A stretch of DNA of 64,000 bases from Cetorhinus maximus. Lineage: Eukaryota. Location: the NCBI RefSeq assembly GCF_964194155.1, contig NC_135882.1, forward strand, positions 76,570,001 through 76,634,000, given 5' to 3'. The notes under the pieces were generated by a model. It ran no database searches, was not told the DNA's origin, and was given only the letters and a program-made list of their open reading frames with translations. Positions 39,006 to 51,654 of the stretch are shown here, piece after piece; the first letter of the stretch is position 1; every line of letters begins with the position of its first letter. Position numbers and translations under genes: made by a program.

Positions 39006-41150
39006 GTAAGTTTCATATTTTTCACCTCCAGAATGTAAATGCCATTGCATTATTTTAGTTGTTATCCCTTTCTTTAGTATTTGGTCTTTAGTATTTGGAC
39101 TTTAAAGCATGCAGACTCTAAGTCTACAGTTAGTATAATCTTGTAAAATGGATAACTCATATGTACCCAGAATGATGTGTGATGGCACATTTTCTACATT
39201 TAGAGCTGTGTCTACTTTTAATAATATACCCCATTTTAATCTACATTTTTCAACCAAAATCAAGATGGGGATTACATTAGTCTAGAAGCATGCATACATG
39301 TATCTACGTACTACATCCTTTACCTATTAGAAAATGGAGATGAAGAATTGGATCTTGCTGAGATTAGGTACCAGTATCTCTGTATCCCAGTATTCCTCAG
39401 CTCTCTGCTTCTTCTGCATCCTCTTTAGCCAGCTGTTACCCCTACCGAAAGTGACTTGATATTCATGTAGGATTGATTGATTTGATAAAGATGCAAAATA
39501 GTGAAGATGTGTATTGTTTCATAATTTTATGCATTGAAAGAAAAATAATACTACCCAATCTCTCAACACCTGAGTATATTTTGGTTTGCATGCAAGACGA
39601 TTTATGGTCTAAACTGTGTACTAGTCTGCAGCATCTGCCAGTGTTGTTCCATCGTACCAACAAGAGGGTTCAACTTGTTTCTCTTCTCCTTATCCTGAAG
39701 TGATGTTTAATAATCAGGAGTTCGTCTGGCAGCCTGCCTGGGAAATTGTCCAGCTACAGGATACTCAGTTTGAAGGTCTGCAGTTCGTCAGAGAATGAGT
39801 TATGCAGAATGGGAATTCCACTTCTACTGATTAGAACTTTCAAGCTCCTTAGTTTATAAATGGGCAATTTTTAAAAAATGTACGTTGTGTTTTGTGCAGT
39901 TTTTTTTTTAAGAATAGAGAGAGTGCCACCTGATGGTGTAAGTAGGAACTGCTGCTGTTTTGAATTTCATTTTGTTACTCCCATTTATCCTTTATTTTAA
40001 AGCCTTACAATCTTCACATTTTGGTCCACAACTTTAATACAGTGCAGCTATAATAGCTAAAGGAATTCATCACTGGCTAGTTTGTGGGGAGTGCAATATG
40101 CCATCTTACTGATTTGGTTTTACTTCAGAGATGTGGTTTACATCAGAGATTCAGTGTTCCATGGAGCAACCAGACTGATTTCTTGCAACAATATAAACAA
40201 TGGTTTAGAATAAGTTCCAAGGAAGTAGAATGATATCTGGGTACTTGTTACCTGGAATGGGGTCAGATGGTTTAATGTCATATCATCATTTTTAATTCCC
40301 TCTCCAGCCTAATAGGATCAGTGTATTTGGGTTATGGTACTGTTAACATTTCTTGTGACTTCACGCTCATAGGTACATAAAATGGCATACTGGATCCCTA
40401 ACTTTTTAAAAATGTAACTAACTATGCTGAGGAGGCTACTGTGATTGTGAATCCTTGTTCCTTCTGACAGCTGATATCTTTAATTATGCTCCATATCTCA
40501 TCTTAAAACGGACAATAACTTTCAAAGTCCACATTTGAATTTTAAAGGTTCGCAAACTATATTCTGTCTTCCCACTTGGTTGCTTTCTCACAGAAGCATT
40601 GCAAATGCACTTCATCGATATCTCTGTGCCAGCCATTTGTAACTTATTCAGTTTAATAAAATTGCAAGAGGTATGAAGAAAAAATGCTACATCCCACATC
40701 AGGTTTTCAGTGCTGTAGTGAGTAACCACAGTATTAATCAAATAAAATACTGTCATTAGGCTTTTTGCAGGCAACCTGAGTCTGTATTGGCTCAGTGGTA
40801 ACATACTTACCTCTTGAGTTAGAAGGCCGTGTGTCCAAGCTCCGCTCTGGAGAATTAAGCACATTGTTTAGACTGGTTACTTCAGTGCAGTACTGGGGCC
40901 ACCACCAGGGTTGGCTCCTTTTTGGCTGCCGTTGTTCATGGGGTAACTTGAATGATAGATTAACTATTTCCTATTCACAGGGTTAGTGAAGAGGAACAAC
41001 TGAAGTTCCAAGTTCATAGTAAGTTACCCTGTATCATAGAACAGGTCGAGGAGCAGCTGCTTTCCAACATCATTATATTGGAGACAATCAGAAACATTCA
41101 CAGCTCAACTTCATGTTATATGAAGGAGGCTCTCATGGGGTGGAATCACT

Positions 41151-41592
41151 GGCCAGGATTTTATGATGGCAAGGTTTGCCTTCCTGCCATCTGAGGAGTC
41201 GGCTTGCCCCAACAAGTGTGAGTTGGCTGAAGACGGAACTCCTGCCCCTCACTCGGGAGGAAGTCCTGCCTCAAAGACTGATTGATTGGCCAGCAGCACT
41301 TTAGACCCTACAGCGCCAGAAGCTGCAGTGGACAGGACTGGGACTGCAGAATGAGCCCTGCGAGTCCAGGACCAGGTAAGTTTTGGGGTGGGGGGCCTCT
41401 GGGTGAAGTGGAAAAGTGAGGCCCAGGGGGAAGGGAAACGCCCATAAGTGGTCAATAATTGACCACTTAAGGGCCTCAATTGGAGCAAGGGTGGGCGGGA
41501 CAGCCTAGGCCTCGTCTATCCCAGCATAAAATTGTGAAGAGGTCAGGTCGGGCGTGAAACCCCAGCCGACAGGGGAATATAAAGTTCTGCCC
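41151..41592. mobile_element. Harbinger-like MITE with imperfect TIRs
   Basis: ggccaggatttt ... aaagttctgccc imperfect inverted ends; internal similarity to the 14082 and 17589 copies. Confidence 0.55.
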
Positions 41593-41610
41593 ACTGATCA
41601 GGCTCAAAAC

Positions 41611-43117
41611 CAGTGTTGCCAACTCTGACTAGACATATTCCAGGAGATGTCAGCAGAAGTGAGGACCTGGAAGCATGTTGTGAGTGGGTTCTAAAGGAGC
41701 ACAAAAAAGGAAAACAAATCCCTGGAGAAAGAGTGTGAGCATCCCTGTTTGAACAGAGTGGGAAATATATCTCTTTTATACAGGGCAGACTTGAGAATTC
41801 AGCATTGTCCTATCACTGCAGCTTTGTGTAAACCAGCAATAATGCAGGATTTCAATGAACTGCCCTGAGGTTCATCTTTACCCAAAGTGGAAACTTGAAA
41901 AACATGTAAATGCTTCCAGTTCCTGCCTGGATTAAAATCCCATTCAGACTGATTTTTTTTTTCCCTCCCCACAAAATAAAATCCCATTAGGATCAACTTC
42001 TCTTACAAAGAGAGACTCATTCTACCAGCGCTGCAGATTCACATTGATTCCCCAGGGACAGACACTCATTGAAACCATTTAAATTGCCCAGCAGTGCTGC
42101 CTGTCCCAGGGGACTCAATGTAAATCTGCAGTGCTGGTACAACGAGTTTCTTCCCCCAAAATCCCATTAAAATCAGAATCTTTCCCCCAATCCCAAAGAA
42201 AATCCCACTGTATCAACTTCCAACCCATCTCCATCCTGGAATCACCTGCATTAACTCAAAATCCCCAAAAGGTTGATTTTCCGCAAGCTATGGGCGGTGA
42301 ACAGGAAGTGGGGAGGTGGGGAGATGTCCTGGAATCAGCACCTATTCTCCAGCACTGTCTGGCTCAGTATCCAGCTCCCTCTGTGGGGATTGCAGAGGTC
42401 AGAGACTGAGGAGCCCCCCTTCCTCGATACACAGTTAAAAACAAACGGAAACTAGTGACACATGCTGTGAACTGAGTTTAACTTTTTGGGTATTTTCTCA
42501 CATCGTTAAAACCTGGACATCTGATAGAGAAGTGAATCTGATACTTATCAGTACTGTTAAGCTCACTTTCTTCTAGCTATAATGTAAGCAGCAGCGCTCC
42601 TTTTAGCAAATTACCTCAGCTCAGCAAAAGCTTTCTAAGTTTCTAGACTTTTAGGGCTTTAATGTAATTTTTCTAGCCCAGCAACAGGCAGCAGCGCTCC
42701 TTACCTCAAGTCTCGGGACTCTGTGTGTAAAAAGCTTTCTGGACAGGCTTAGGTGTATACTATGAGTTTTCCAGGCAGATGAAAGTTCCGTTGCTCTTGC
42801 AGCAGCGTTCGCTTCTCGTTTTACCACCACCTATCCTCGAGGTCAAGGCTCAGTGCCACCGAGAAGATGTGCAACGCAGCAATATTCGTGAGTGTAGTAT
42901 GCATACAGGGTCGGTTTATGTTTTGTATCATGCTGCTACGAACGCAATCGGATCACCGTTTTCAATGAATGATGACTGACCAGAGATTCTGTATGAGTTA
43001 TGAGCATTATTTGCTTGAAATATTGTTTTAAAATCTCCCAGATTAATATTAATAGCCACCGGAGTTTGGTAGGGAACCTGATAGACTCCCGGCCATTCCA
43101 GGATGGTTGGCAACCTA
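41611..43117. mobile_element. Possible non-autonomous DNA transposon (hAT-like termini)
   Basis: cagtGTTGCCAAC at 41611-41623 and GTTGGCAACcta at 43106-43117 are inverted; no ORF; no clear TSD. Confidence 0.4.
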
Positions 43118-43129
43118 TTTCAAAACGGA

Positions 43130-44200
43130 AAAACCTTTCCTCAGCTGATGAGTCAGTGCTCATCCACATTGAACGCCACTTAGAGTAACAGCAATACAGA
43201 ATGTACTTTGGGTGGAGAACTTTAACGTCCACCTGCAAAAGTGGCTTAATAATATCACCACTAACCAAACTGGCCAAGTCCTGAAATTTGAAGCTGCCAG
43301 ACTGGGAATAAGCTACTTGACCTTAGCAATCTAATGTCACAGATGCATCTGCGCATGACCGTGTTGATAGGGCACTGTCATTGTGGAGACCAAATAGGTG
43401 TTCACAGTGAGGACACTCTCCATTGTGCTCTATGGCATTAAAACCATGCTAAGTGGCATAAGTCAAGAACAGATCTAGCAGCTCAAAACTGGGCATCCAC
43501 AAGGCACTGTGGGCCATTAACAGCCGAAGAATCGCATAACACCACAAATTTTAACCTCATGGCCAAATATATCCCTTATTACTCCAAACCGTCAAGTTCA
43601 ACCCTGGTTCAATGGGGAATGTGGACAAGCACGTCAGGAACAGCACCAGACATGCCTGCAAAATGAGGTGCCAGCTTGGCAAAACTACAGCACAAGATTA
43701 CACACATGCTAAACAGCAAAAGCAGCATCTATATATAGACATTCTACAATTAACTGATCGGGTCAAAGCTCTTAACCATGGCAGATCCAGTTGTGAATGA
43801 TGATGGACAATTAAACAATTGATGGGTGGAGGAGGCTCCATGAACTTTCTCATCCTCAATGATGGCAGAGCCCAGCAAATGAGTGCAAAAGATTAGGCTG
43901 AAGCATTTGCAACTATCTTCAACCAGTAGTGCAGAATAGATGATCCTTCTCTACCTCCTCATTAGGAATTCACAATCACAGATGACAGTATTAAGCCAAT
44001 TTAATTCACTCCATGTGACATGAAAAAATACTGAGTGCACAAGACACAGTAAGGGCTATGGGCCCCAACAATATCCTAGTTGTACTGTTGTAGATCCGTG
44101 CTCATGAATTAGCTGCTCCGCCCTAGCTAGGTTGTTCCAGTACATCCAAAACACTGTAATTTTCTTGACAATCTGGAAAATTAGCCAGGTTTATCCTGGC
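43130..44200 (+). mobile_element. CR1-group LINE internal fragment (endonuclease to start of RT)
   Basis: SADESVLIHIERHLE, VLWVENFNVH, QPWFN, KAMGPNNI and WKISQVY remnants. Confidence 0.75.
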
Positions 44201-44224
44201 TGCAACAAACATCACAACTGCCAT

Positions 44225-44450
44225 TTTTAAAATTCTTTCATGGGACATGAGCATCATGGTCAGCACCTGTTGCTCATTCTTAATTGTCCTAGAGAGGTAA
44301 TGGTGAGCCACTGCCTTGAACGGCTGCAGTCCATCTGGTGCAGGTGCTATTAGGAAGAGAGTTCCAGGATTTTAACCCAGCAACTGTGAAGGAACATCAA
44401 TGTAGTACCAAGTCAGGATGGTGCGTGACTTGGAGGGGAAGTTGCATGCT
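44225..44450 (-). mobile_element. 3' tail of the same LINE family as 151-1330
   Basis: Colinear with 157-390 (ttcatggga..., cttgaac..ctgcagtccat, acccagcaa..gtgaaggaac, cttggaggggaa). Confidence 0.8.
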
Positions 44451-45439
44451 GAAGTACACTTTGATGCCCTTCAAACATAGTAGATGAGAAATAGATGAGT
44501 GCAACCTTACATTGGGCAGCTGTCTGCTTCTAGGCTACAGAAAGACAGAATAGTTGAAGAAAGCAGTAATGATGCCAGGAAGCTTTGACAACTGAAGTCA
44601 ATGGAACTGAGGATATTGGAGAGAGCTGTAGTAGTAACGGAGTAACTCTTCACTTTGCTTTGCAGTAAAGTAATAGAAATGAATAGTTGAAAGTGCTATC
44701 CACTTTCTTGCAAATACAATTTTAATATGGTTCAAAATGACCCATACCTACTAAAGATGTTTATGATAAGACAAACTTCTGCCCCCAAAAATGCATATAT
44801 CTGGAAATAAGATTTTAAATATTCTTCAATTTGGTATAAAAATTTAATCCAACGTTTGGCTTGCTTTGCATATGGAAATGAAAATATTCAGCCATCACTT
44901 GCTGTGACTGGGTATCTGAGAGTCTGGCATAATTAGAGTGGGCGAATTCAATGCCAAATCACACAGAGGAAGAGAAATACAGTAAGATTATCTTGAAAGA
45001 GACAAAAATCAAAAATTGATGAAACGGACTGTTTACTTTGTTTAGTTTTTAACTACCACGCAAGTGCATCACCTTCATGCCTTTCAATGGTGAGCCAAAC
45101 AGTGAGATGCAGTTTTCGGGAAGCTAACACTGGTATGACACACCATCTTCAGCAACACTGTGGATTTCTGCACTTAACCGTGCGTCTGCTCTCAGCTGAA
45201 GTTGCTGTAGCATTTGCGCATAAGTAAGCTCTCGCCGTTATATTGACAGCAAATTATAAACTAGAAGTTTTTCAGCAATACTTTTGTACATTTGTGTCTA
45301 TCATAGCAGGAACACAATAGTTCTGGTGGTTCATTTATTTTTTCTTTGAAAGACTGTTCCCCGGAAAATGTTTAATGCTGGCAAAGTAGCTCATGACCAA
45401 TGTACGTTCATTTATTTTCTTTTAACTCTCAAATTATAG

Positions 45440-45643
45440 CTTTCAATAATCCTCGAGCTGTACAGACAACCAGATCACAACAACAGGGTCGAAATACAGC
45501 ATTGGACATACACATGCAAGGTCAGACAAGTGCTGGACAATTCCCACCAATGCGAAATAGTGGCCCATATGCTGTAATGTCACAGCAAGTGATGGGTAAT
45601 CAAGGGATGATGGCAAGTCAAGGAAGTTTAGCAGCTAATACAG
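45440..45643 (+). CDS. NCOA2: NCOA2 coding exon
   Basis: ttatAG|ct...acag|GTatgt; TFNNPRAVQ...LDIHMQGQTSAGQFPPMRNSGPYAVMSQQVMGNQGMM; 204 nt, phase 1 to 1. Confidence 0.92.
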
Positions 45644-45929
45644 GTATGTTCACTTAGTGTTGGACTTGTTTTGGCTTACATGTTTTTTTTCCCCCTTTGG
45701 ATCAATCTGCAACTAGTTAGGAAGCATTTATATAATGAGAAATAGTTTATTAGGATAGTCCGAGTAAAAAACTCCTTGAAATTTGCACAGGGTGCATTTT
45801 GTTTCTGTTTTTCTTTCTCTACTAAAGGAACTAACTTTTTCTGAAATCCGGCTCCATTGCAAAACACTAAAGGACTGATGTGCGTATGTAGCAATTCCTT
45901 ATGTTTAAATTTAAACAGTGAATCTCAGC

Positions 45930-47576
45930 AGGGTGCTTGACCATGCCGGGTAACTCAACCTGCCTGATTCCATTTATCTTCTCTACTTCCCCTAGGCCTC
46001 TTTGTCCTGTCATCGTACTCCTTTCACTTCTCTCTTGCTGGGTTTACTGCCTGCCCCCCAAATCCCTACCCCAAACTTCAGCATTCCTCGAGCTTTCCTC
46101 CAGCCTTGCTGCCATCCCAGGCTTGTCTCCCTTGTGAATAAAAATACAGTTTCCTTCAGTGCCTCTCTTGGCATTTTCTGAAGTGTCCATCAAGCTATTC
46201 AAGTTGTCTCTTATGAACAGAAACTCCAACTGCCCAATCCTACTCTCTCACCAACCTCAATGTTCAACGTGCCTGCTGGGGGCTAATCTTGTCAATTCAT
46301 CTTCCCATCCACCAACCCTTCCTAATTGCAGTGGATCAGCTATCACTGTCCTTCTCTGCATCTCGCTCCAGAATGTCCTTCCATTTGTGAACATGGCCCC
46401 TGCCATCCATGAATTTAGTGTGGATGATTGCATCGACATCATAGCCTTGACAAAAACTTTGACTGGTGAAGACACCTTCCTCTTAAATGAAGCCTCTCCG
46501 CTTGTCTATATCTTCCACCACTTGGCTATACATTCCACCACTTGCCTCCTCCAGACCGCCCTTATCACCAATGCACTTTAGCCTGCCCCCTACTCCTTTG
46601 GCACCTTCTCTTTTGAGCATCTCACCTTGTCCCCTTCTTCTCACCTCTTCTTTAAAACTCTCGCCCCCTACTTTCACTGGAATATCTTCACAGCTTTCCT
46701 TTCTCAGCTTCTGCGCAAATCAACTTCTCATCCTCAGTGACTTCAACTTCTAACTCACCCCATCATGCATTGAGTTCACTGCCCTCCCATCCTCCCTTAA
46801 TCTCCCCCTCCTTATAAACTCCCCTATCCAAATTCATGGCCAACCTGAAGGCATTGCCATCTCCCGAAACCCCTCTATTCCCATTGTGTCAATCACAGAA
46901 AAGGGCATTTCCCTAGTATCCTTCTCCACTCGTAATTCTCTTCATCTTCCCACCTTGACTTCCTTTTCTTTCAGCTGCTGGAAAAAAAAACTCCAAGTCA
47001 CTTACAAGAGCACTTTCTCCGCTGTCTAGCCTTTGGCCCTCCATTCACCAGTGTATTTCTACAGCTACAGATCTGCTTTATACTCACCTCCACCTTTGAT
47101 GCCATTGTTCCCGTTTAACTCATTATTTTCTCTCACCTTGGCAGTCCTCCACACCCTCCCCCAAACCCCCTCAATTTCTGCTTCCTTAAGTCTAAGAAAT
47201 ACTGGTTAGCCAATCTTCACCAGATCTAGCTGAACCACATAAAGTACTATCAGGTCTTACTCTCCTTTATCATAGAAGGTTACAGCACAGGAGATGGCCA
47301 TTCGACCCATTGTGTCTGTGCCAGCAAAAAAAAGATGTCCAGCCTAATCCCACTGCTGAGCTCTTGGCCTGTAGCCTTAGGTTACAGCACTTCAAGTTCT
47401 TATCTAAGTGCTTTTAAATGCAGTGAGTAAACTGTCAAAACTGCTCACTATACAGCATCATTTTCCCTTTCCCTCTACAAAGTGCTGCCTTAAACCCTTC
47501 TACTCCATCTCTTATACCTTCAGCCCCAAAAAGTAGTGTGAGGAAGCCATGAACTTGCCTGTCAGTAAAATTGAGA
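45930..47576 (+). mobile_element. L2-clade LINE, 5' part (endonuclease); host of the Gypsy insertion
   Basis: LCISLQNVLPFVNMAPAIHEFSVDDCIDIIALTKT and LLILSDFNF; pyrimidine-rich sense strand; small antisense CR1 tail inside at about 47268-47428. Confidence 0.75.
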
Positions 47577-47797
47577 TTATATTGTGTTGTTAGGTTGGAG
47601 TAGTTTCAGTAACTTCTGAAGACTCTTAGATGCAAATGCTCTAACTTTATTTTAACATACTTACAGTTATGAGAACAATCCCTTACACCAGTTTGTTTCT
47701 ATGCTGCTTTCTCCTAGACTCGCTTAGATCATATGCACTTCCTCCTATGACATCACAGACTATATGGTTCTTAGTTTAACATACTCCCTTACACTAA
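47577..47797 (-). repeat. 3' LTR of the Gypsy element
   Basis: Direct repeat of 55995-56238 (shared taacatacttacagttatgagaaca and agactcgcttagatca); adjacent to the PPT. Confidence 0.88.
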
Positions 47798-50700
47798 TCT
47801 CCCCCCACTCGAGCCTCTGTTAAGACTTCAGTGTTCTCCGACCTTCCTGAAAAACCAATGCTTCAGTCTCCTAATCATTCTGAACACTTCAGTGTTTTGA
47901 AGTCTTGTAAGAAATGTAGCCTCTTTTGCTGCCTTAGGTAAATGTCATTTTTCTTTCTCTCCACGTTCTTCTCTTGCTCTCTCTTCTCTCTGGTTTTGTT
48001 GAGATTCTCGCCTTCCCTTACACAGATAAGTGCTGTGATGTCTTCACTAGTCTACCATACCTCATCCTCCTCTCATTTGGAGGAAATAAGGCCGCCTCAT
48101 TCTGCTGTTGGTGCTCTGGACATTATTAAACAGAGTTCAAACTAGCAGAAGGTTCAGAATCACTGCTTCGGTGTCTACTTCTAATTGCAATGATGGCGAT
48201 CTCTCTGGCCTCTGATTTTCACTCTGTTCTCAACTGCAATCAGAGCCCTTCTATTTCTTCTTACTGAGCCCTATTCCATCTGGACAATGTAAAGTCTCGA
48301 GTGTACTGAATTCTCCAAATCTCGATTGATCTCTGACCCAAACCTGTTCTCTCTGCTGAAGATCCAATAATGTCCTTGTTCTGTGACGACTATCATAGTT
48401 TTTCATCTGTTTACTTCAGTAAGCTTCCTTTCTTTCTCGTACTTTCTCTAAGCCTGTGTCTCTGACCTTGGCAAAAATGTATTTGGAAGGGTAGGAATTT
48501 GTGTCCACAAGCTTCTTCCCATGAGTAACTTTGCATGGAGTCAATCCATTCTGCAAGGCTGAGGATCTATAACTCAAGAATGCTAGTTGAAAATCCCATT
48601 CTTTTTCAGTAATGGCTTTACAGTTCTGACACCTCTGTCAGCTTCTCTGTTAGCCTGAGGAAAAGTTAGTGAACTTATTGTGTGAACAAATCCAAATAAT
48701 TCTGTAAACTCTTGAAACTCTGTTTGTGAATTATGGACCATTAATTGATATTGCAATATCGGAAATCCCTTGGACTGCATAAATTTTTTTTCAATAATCA
48801 TTACTGCCTCTGATGTGTGAACATGTAACTGTTTCACTTCAATCAACCTCAAGTAGTATTCTACTACTATTATGAATATTTTCCCTTTATGCTCAAATAA
48901 GTCCATTCCTAGGCATTCCCATGACCTTGTAGGAAAAGAAGATGACAGTAGTGGTTCTTTTGATTCCTGTCTGTGAATTGTACGTGATACATCTGAATAT
49001 CATTTCTTCCAAGGACGTCAAGAGACCCGGCCACCAAACTGAATACAGTGTTCTTGCCCTGCAATTGGTAATACCTGAATGACCTTGATGTAAGCGTTGT
49101 AAGATCTCAAGTCTCAACATTCTTGGGATTACTTTTCTATCATTGTTTAACAGTAAATTTTGATCACTGTCAGGTCTGCTCGCTGCTTGAAATATGGTCT
49201 CAAGTAAGTACTATGTGATATATATGTTGGCCATTCTCTAATGCAAAATTCTCTGATCTGTTCATGTTTCTTGTCTGATTTTTGAGCTCCTGATTTCACT
49301 CAATTATTGGGTAATTGGCAGTAACATATGGACTGTCATTGTAGCAAACTCCTCGACGCCTTCCACAAATTCAATATCTCATTTTTCAGGGTTCTCTGTT
49401 TCAATGTGTGATAATACACCTGCTTGTGTTCTGTTGTTTCCCTTGAACATATATTGTGCAGGCATCAAACCTCACCAATCTTAATTTAAACATTTGAACT
49501 TTTGATGGCATCGCTGGAAACCCTTTCAAATTCAGTAGTGTGACTAAAGGTTTATGGTCTGTTTCTATCGTAATGTGAAGACCTAAGACGTAGTCATCAA
49601 ATTACTCATGTGCCCACGTGGCTGCTAACGCGTCCTTTTCAATTACTGTGCAATTCTTCTGTTAATGACCGTGATGCGTAGTAGACTGGTCTGCATTTTC
49701 CATCTCTTTGTACCTGAAAAGGTACTGCCCCCAATCCTGTATAGGGTGCATCCGCTGCTATTATTGTAGGTAACTCCGGATCATAATGTGATAAAAACTC
49801 TGATGACATCAACCTCTCCTTGATTTTTTTCCGAATGATTTTTAATGTGTTTCTTCCCAATGCCAGTCGTTGTCTTGGCATAACAACTGATGTAGTAGCT
49901 CATTGAGTTAAGTTTTTTAGAAACTTTGCCACTTGATTCACCATCCATATGAATGTTTGTAACTCTGATGTTCCTTGGAGCTGGAAGTTCTTGTATGACT
50001 TTGGTCTTCATTGGATAAACCTTTATTCCTGAGGCACTCACTATGTGACCAAGAAACCAGATTGACGGCTGTGAAAACTCACACTTAGAGTTCGCTGTCA
50101 ATCCTGCCTCTTGTAATCTTCTCAGCACTTCTCTCACTCTGAAGTCATACTCAACTTGAGTGGACCTATGTATCAACACGTCATCCATGTGGCAAACAAT
50201 TCCATGTAAGCCCTCTAAAAGATTTGACATTGTTCTTTGAAAGATCTCTGGTGCTGATATTACTCCAAAGGGCAACCTGTTAAAAACTTAGTCTCCCAAA
50301 TGATGTTATGAAAGTTGTGAGAAGCTTGGAATCCTAGTGGTATTTGCCAGAATCTGCTATTAGCGTCTAATTTTTAGAGAAAATTGAGCTCTTCCCTTAT
50401 TTTGCTAAACTCTCATCTAAAGATACCATTGGATGGACTTCTCTTTTCACAGGTTTAAGTTTTGAGAGATCAACACACATTCTTATGGAACCACTTGGTT
50501 CCAGAACCAGTATCATCCCCGAGCACCAACACATTAGCTCTTTTATGGGTGAAATTACTCTGTCTTACAACTGAGTCGATCTCTTTCTTTATCTTTGGAA
50601 GTAAAGTGTGTGGAACTTTCTGGGTGTACATAAGTATATTAGTTTCGCTTCTGGGCTTAGTGTTATATGATGCACTGTTTTCAGCTCTTCCAATCCTGAA

Positions 50701-51654
50701 AATAACTTCGGAAATTCTATTCTGAAGTCTCCTGATTGACCTTCACCATTCTTTACTACTTTGATTCTGCGGATTAGAATCAATTCCATACATGTCTTTC
50801 TGCTTAAAAGTAAACAACTTTGATCTTGAATTACTTTAGTACTTCCGAAATTACTTTCTCTCTATGCTTTAAGGTAGCTGCAAATTCTCCCAGAACCTTC
50901 ACTCTGTTTCCCCTGGTCTGTGTAACTTTTTGCAGGATAGTTGAAGAACTCTCTTGTTTAACTATGGTTCAGAGCCTGAAGAAAACTGAAACTGCTGCTC
51001 CAGTACCTAATTTAAATTGTGCCCTGCTACCTTTACAGGATCCCTGCACTTCAATAGTTTCCATTTACTTCTTTAATCTCTCCTAAGAAAGGCATCTCAA
51101 TGTTTTGTGAATCTTCAACTTCATGGATTCGGTTTTCTTCTAAAGCTTTTTCTTTTTGAGCGTTCTGGCCATTTCTTCTACTGCAACATACTGCCTTAAA
51201 ACGCCCCATCTTTTTGCATCAATGGCATTGCATGTCTCTGGCTATCAATCAGTTCTGTCACCCGATCTAAGCTTATCTACTTAATTGAATAGCTTCACCA
51301 GCGTCTTCCTGGGACTGCAAATTGTCTGATAATATATCACCTGTCACACATTACTGTACTCAAAGTCTTCTGATCAGTACAAGCCATTAAAATGCTTTCC
51401 CCATGTCTCTGGGTACATTTATTGAACATTGCACATTCCACGATGGCGTACTTGCCGAGATTGAAATATATGTCCAATGCATCAATGACTTTTTGGTAAT
51501 TGTGGCTTTACCCTCATTGATTCCCACAGTAACTAAAATGTTGTCCGCGCAGTCGCCCATCGTGTACAAAAGTCTGGCTCTGATTAATTTTGTTCTTAAA
51601 TTTTGCTCTTAAAATCTAATCTAGTCTGTAATTAGCAGTAACTGGAAAGCATTG

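Noticed and set aside
43130-44450. Sense LINE body next to an antisense tail of a related family, suggesting a twin-priming inversion
   Set aside because: The tail is at the internal junction rather than the outer end, which does not fit twin priming; two separate insertions are simpler.
48583-51569. Domesticated or active Gypsy gag-pol
   Set aside because: Many stops and frameshifts, and the protease catalytic DTG reads GTG.
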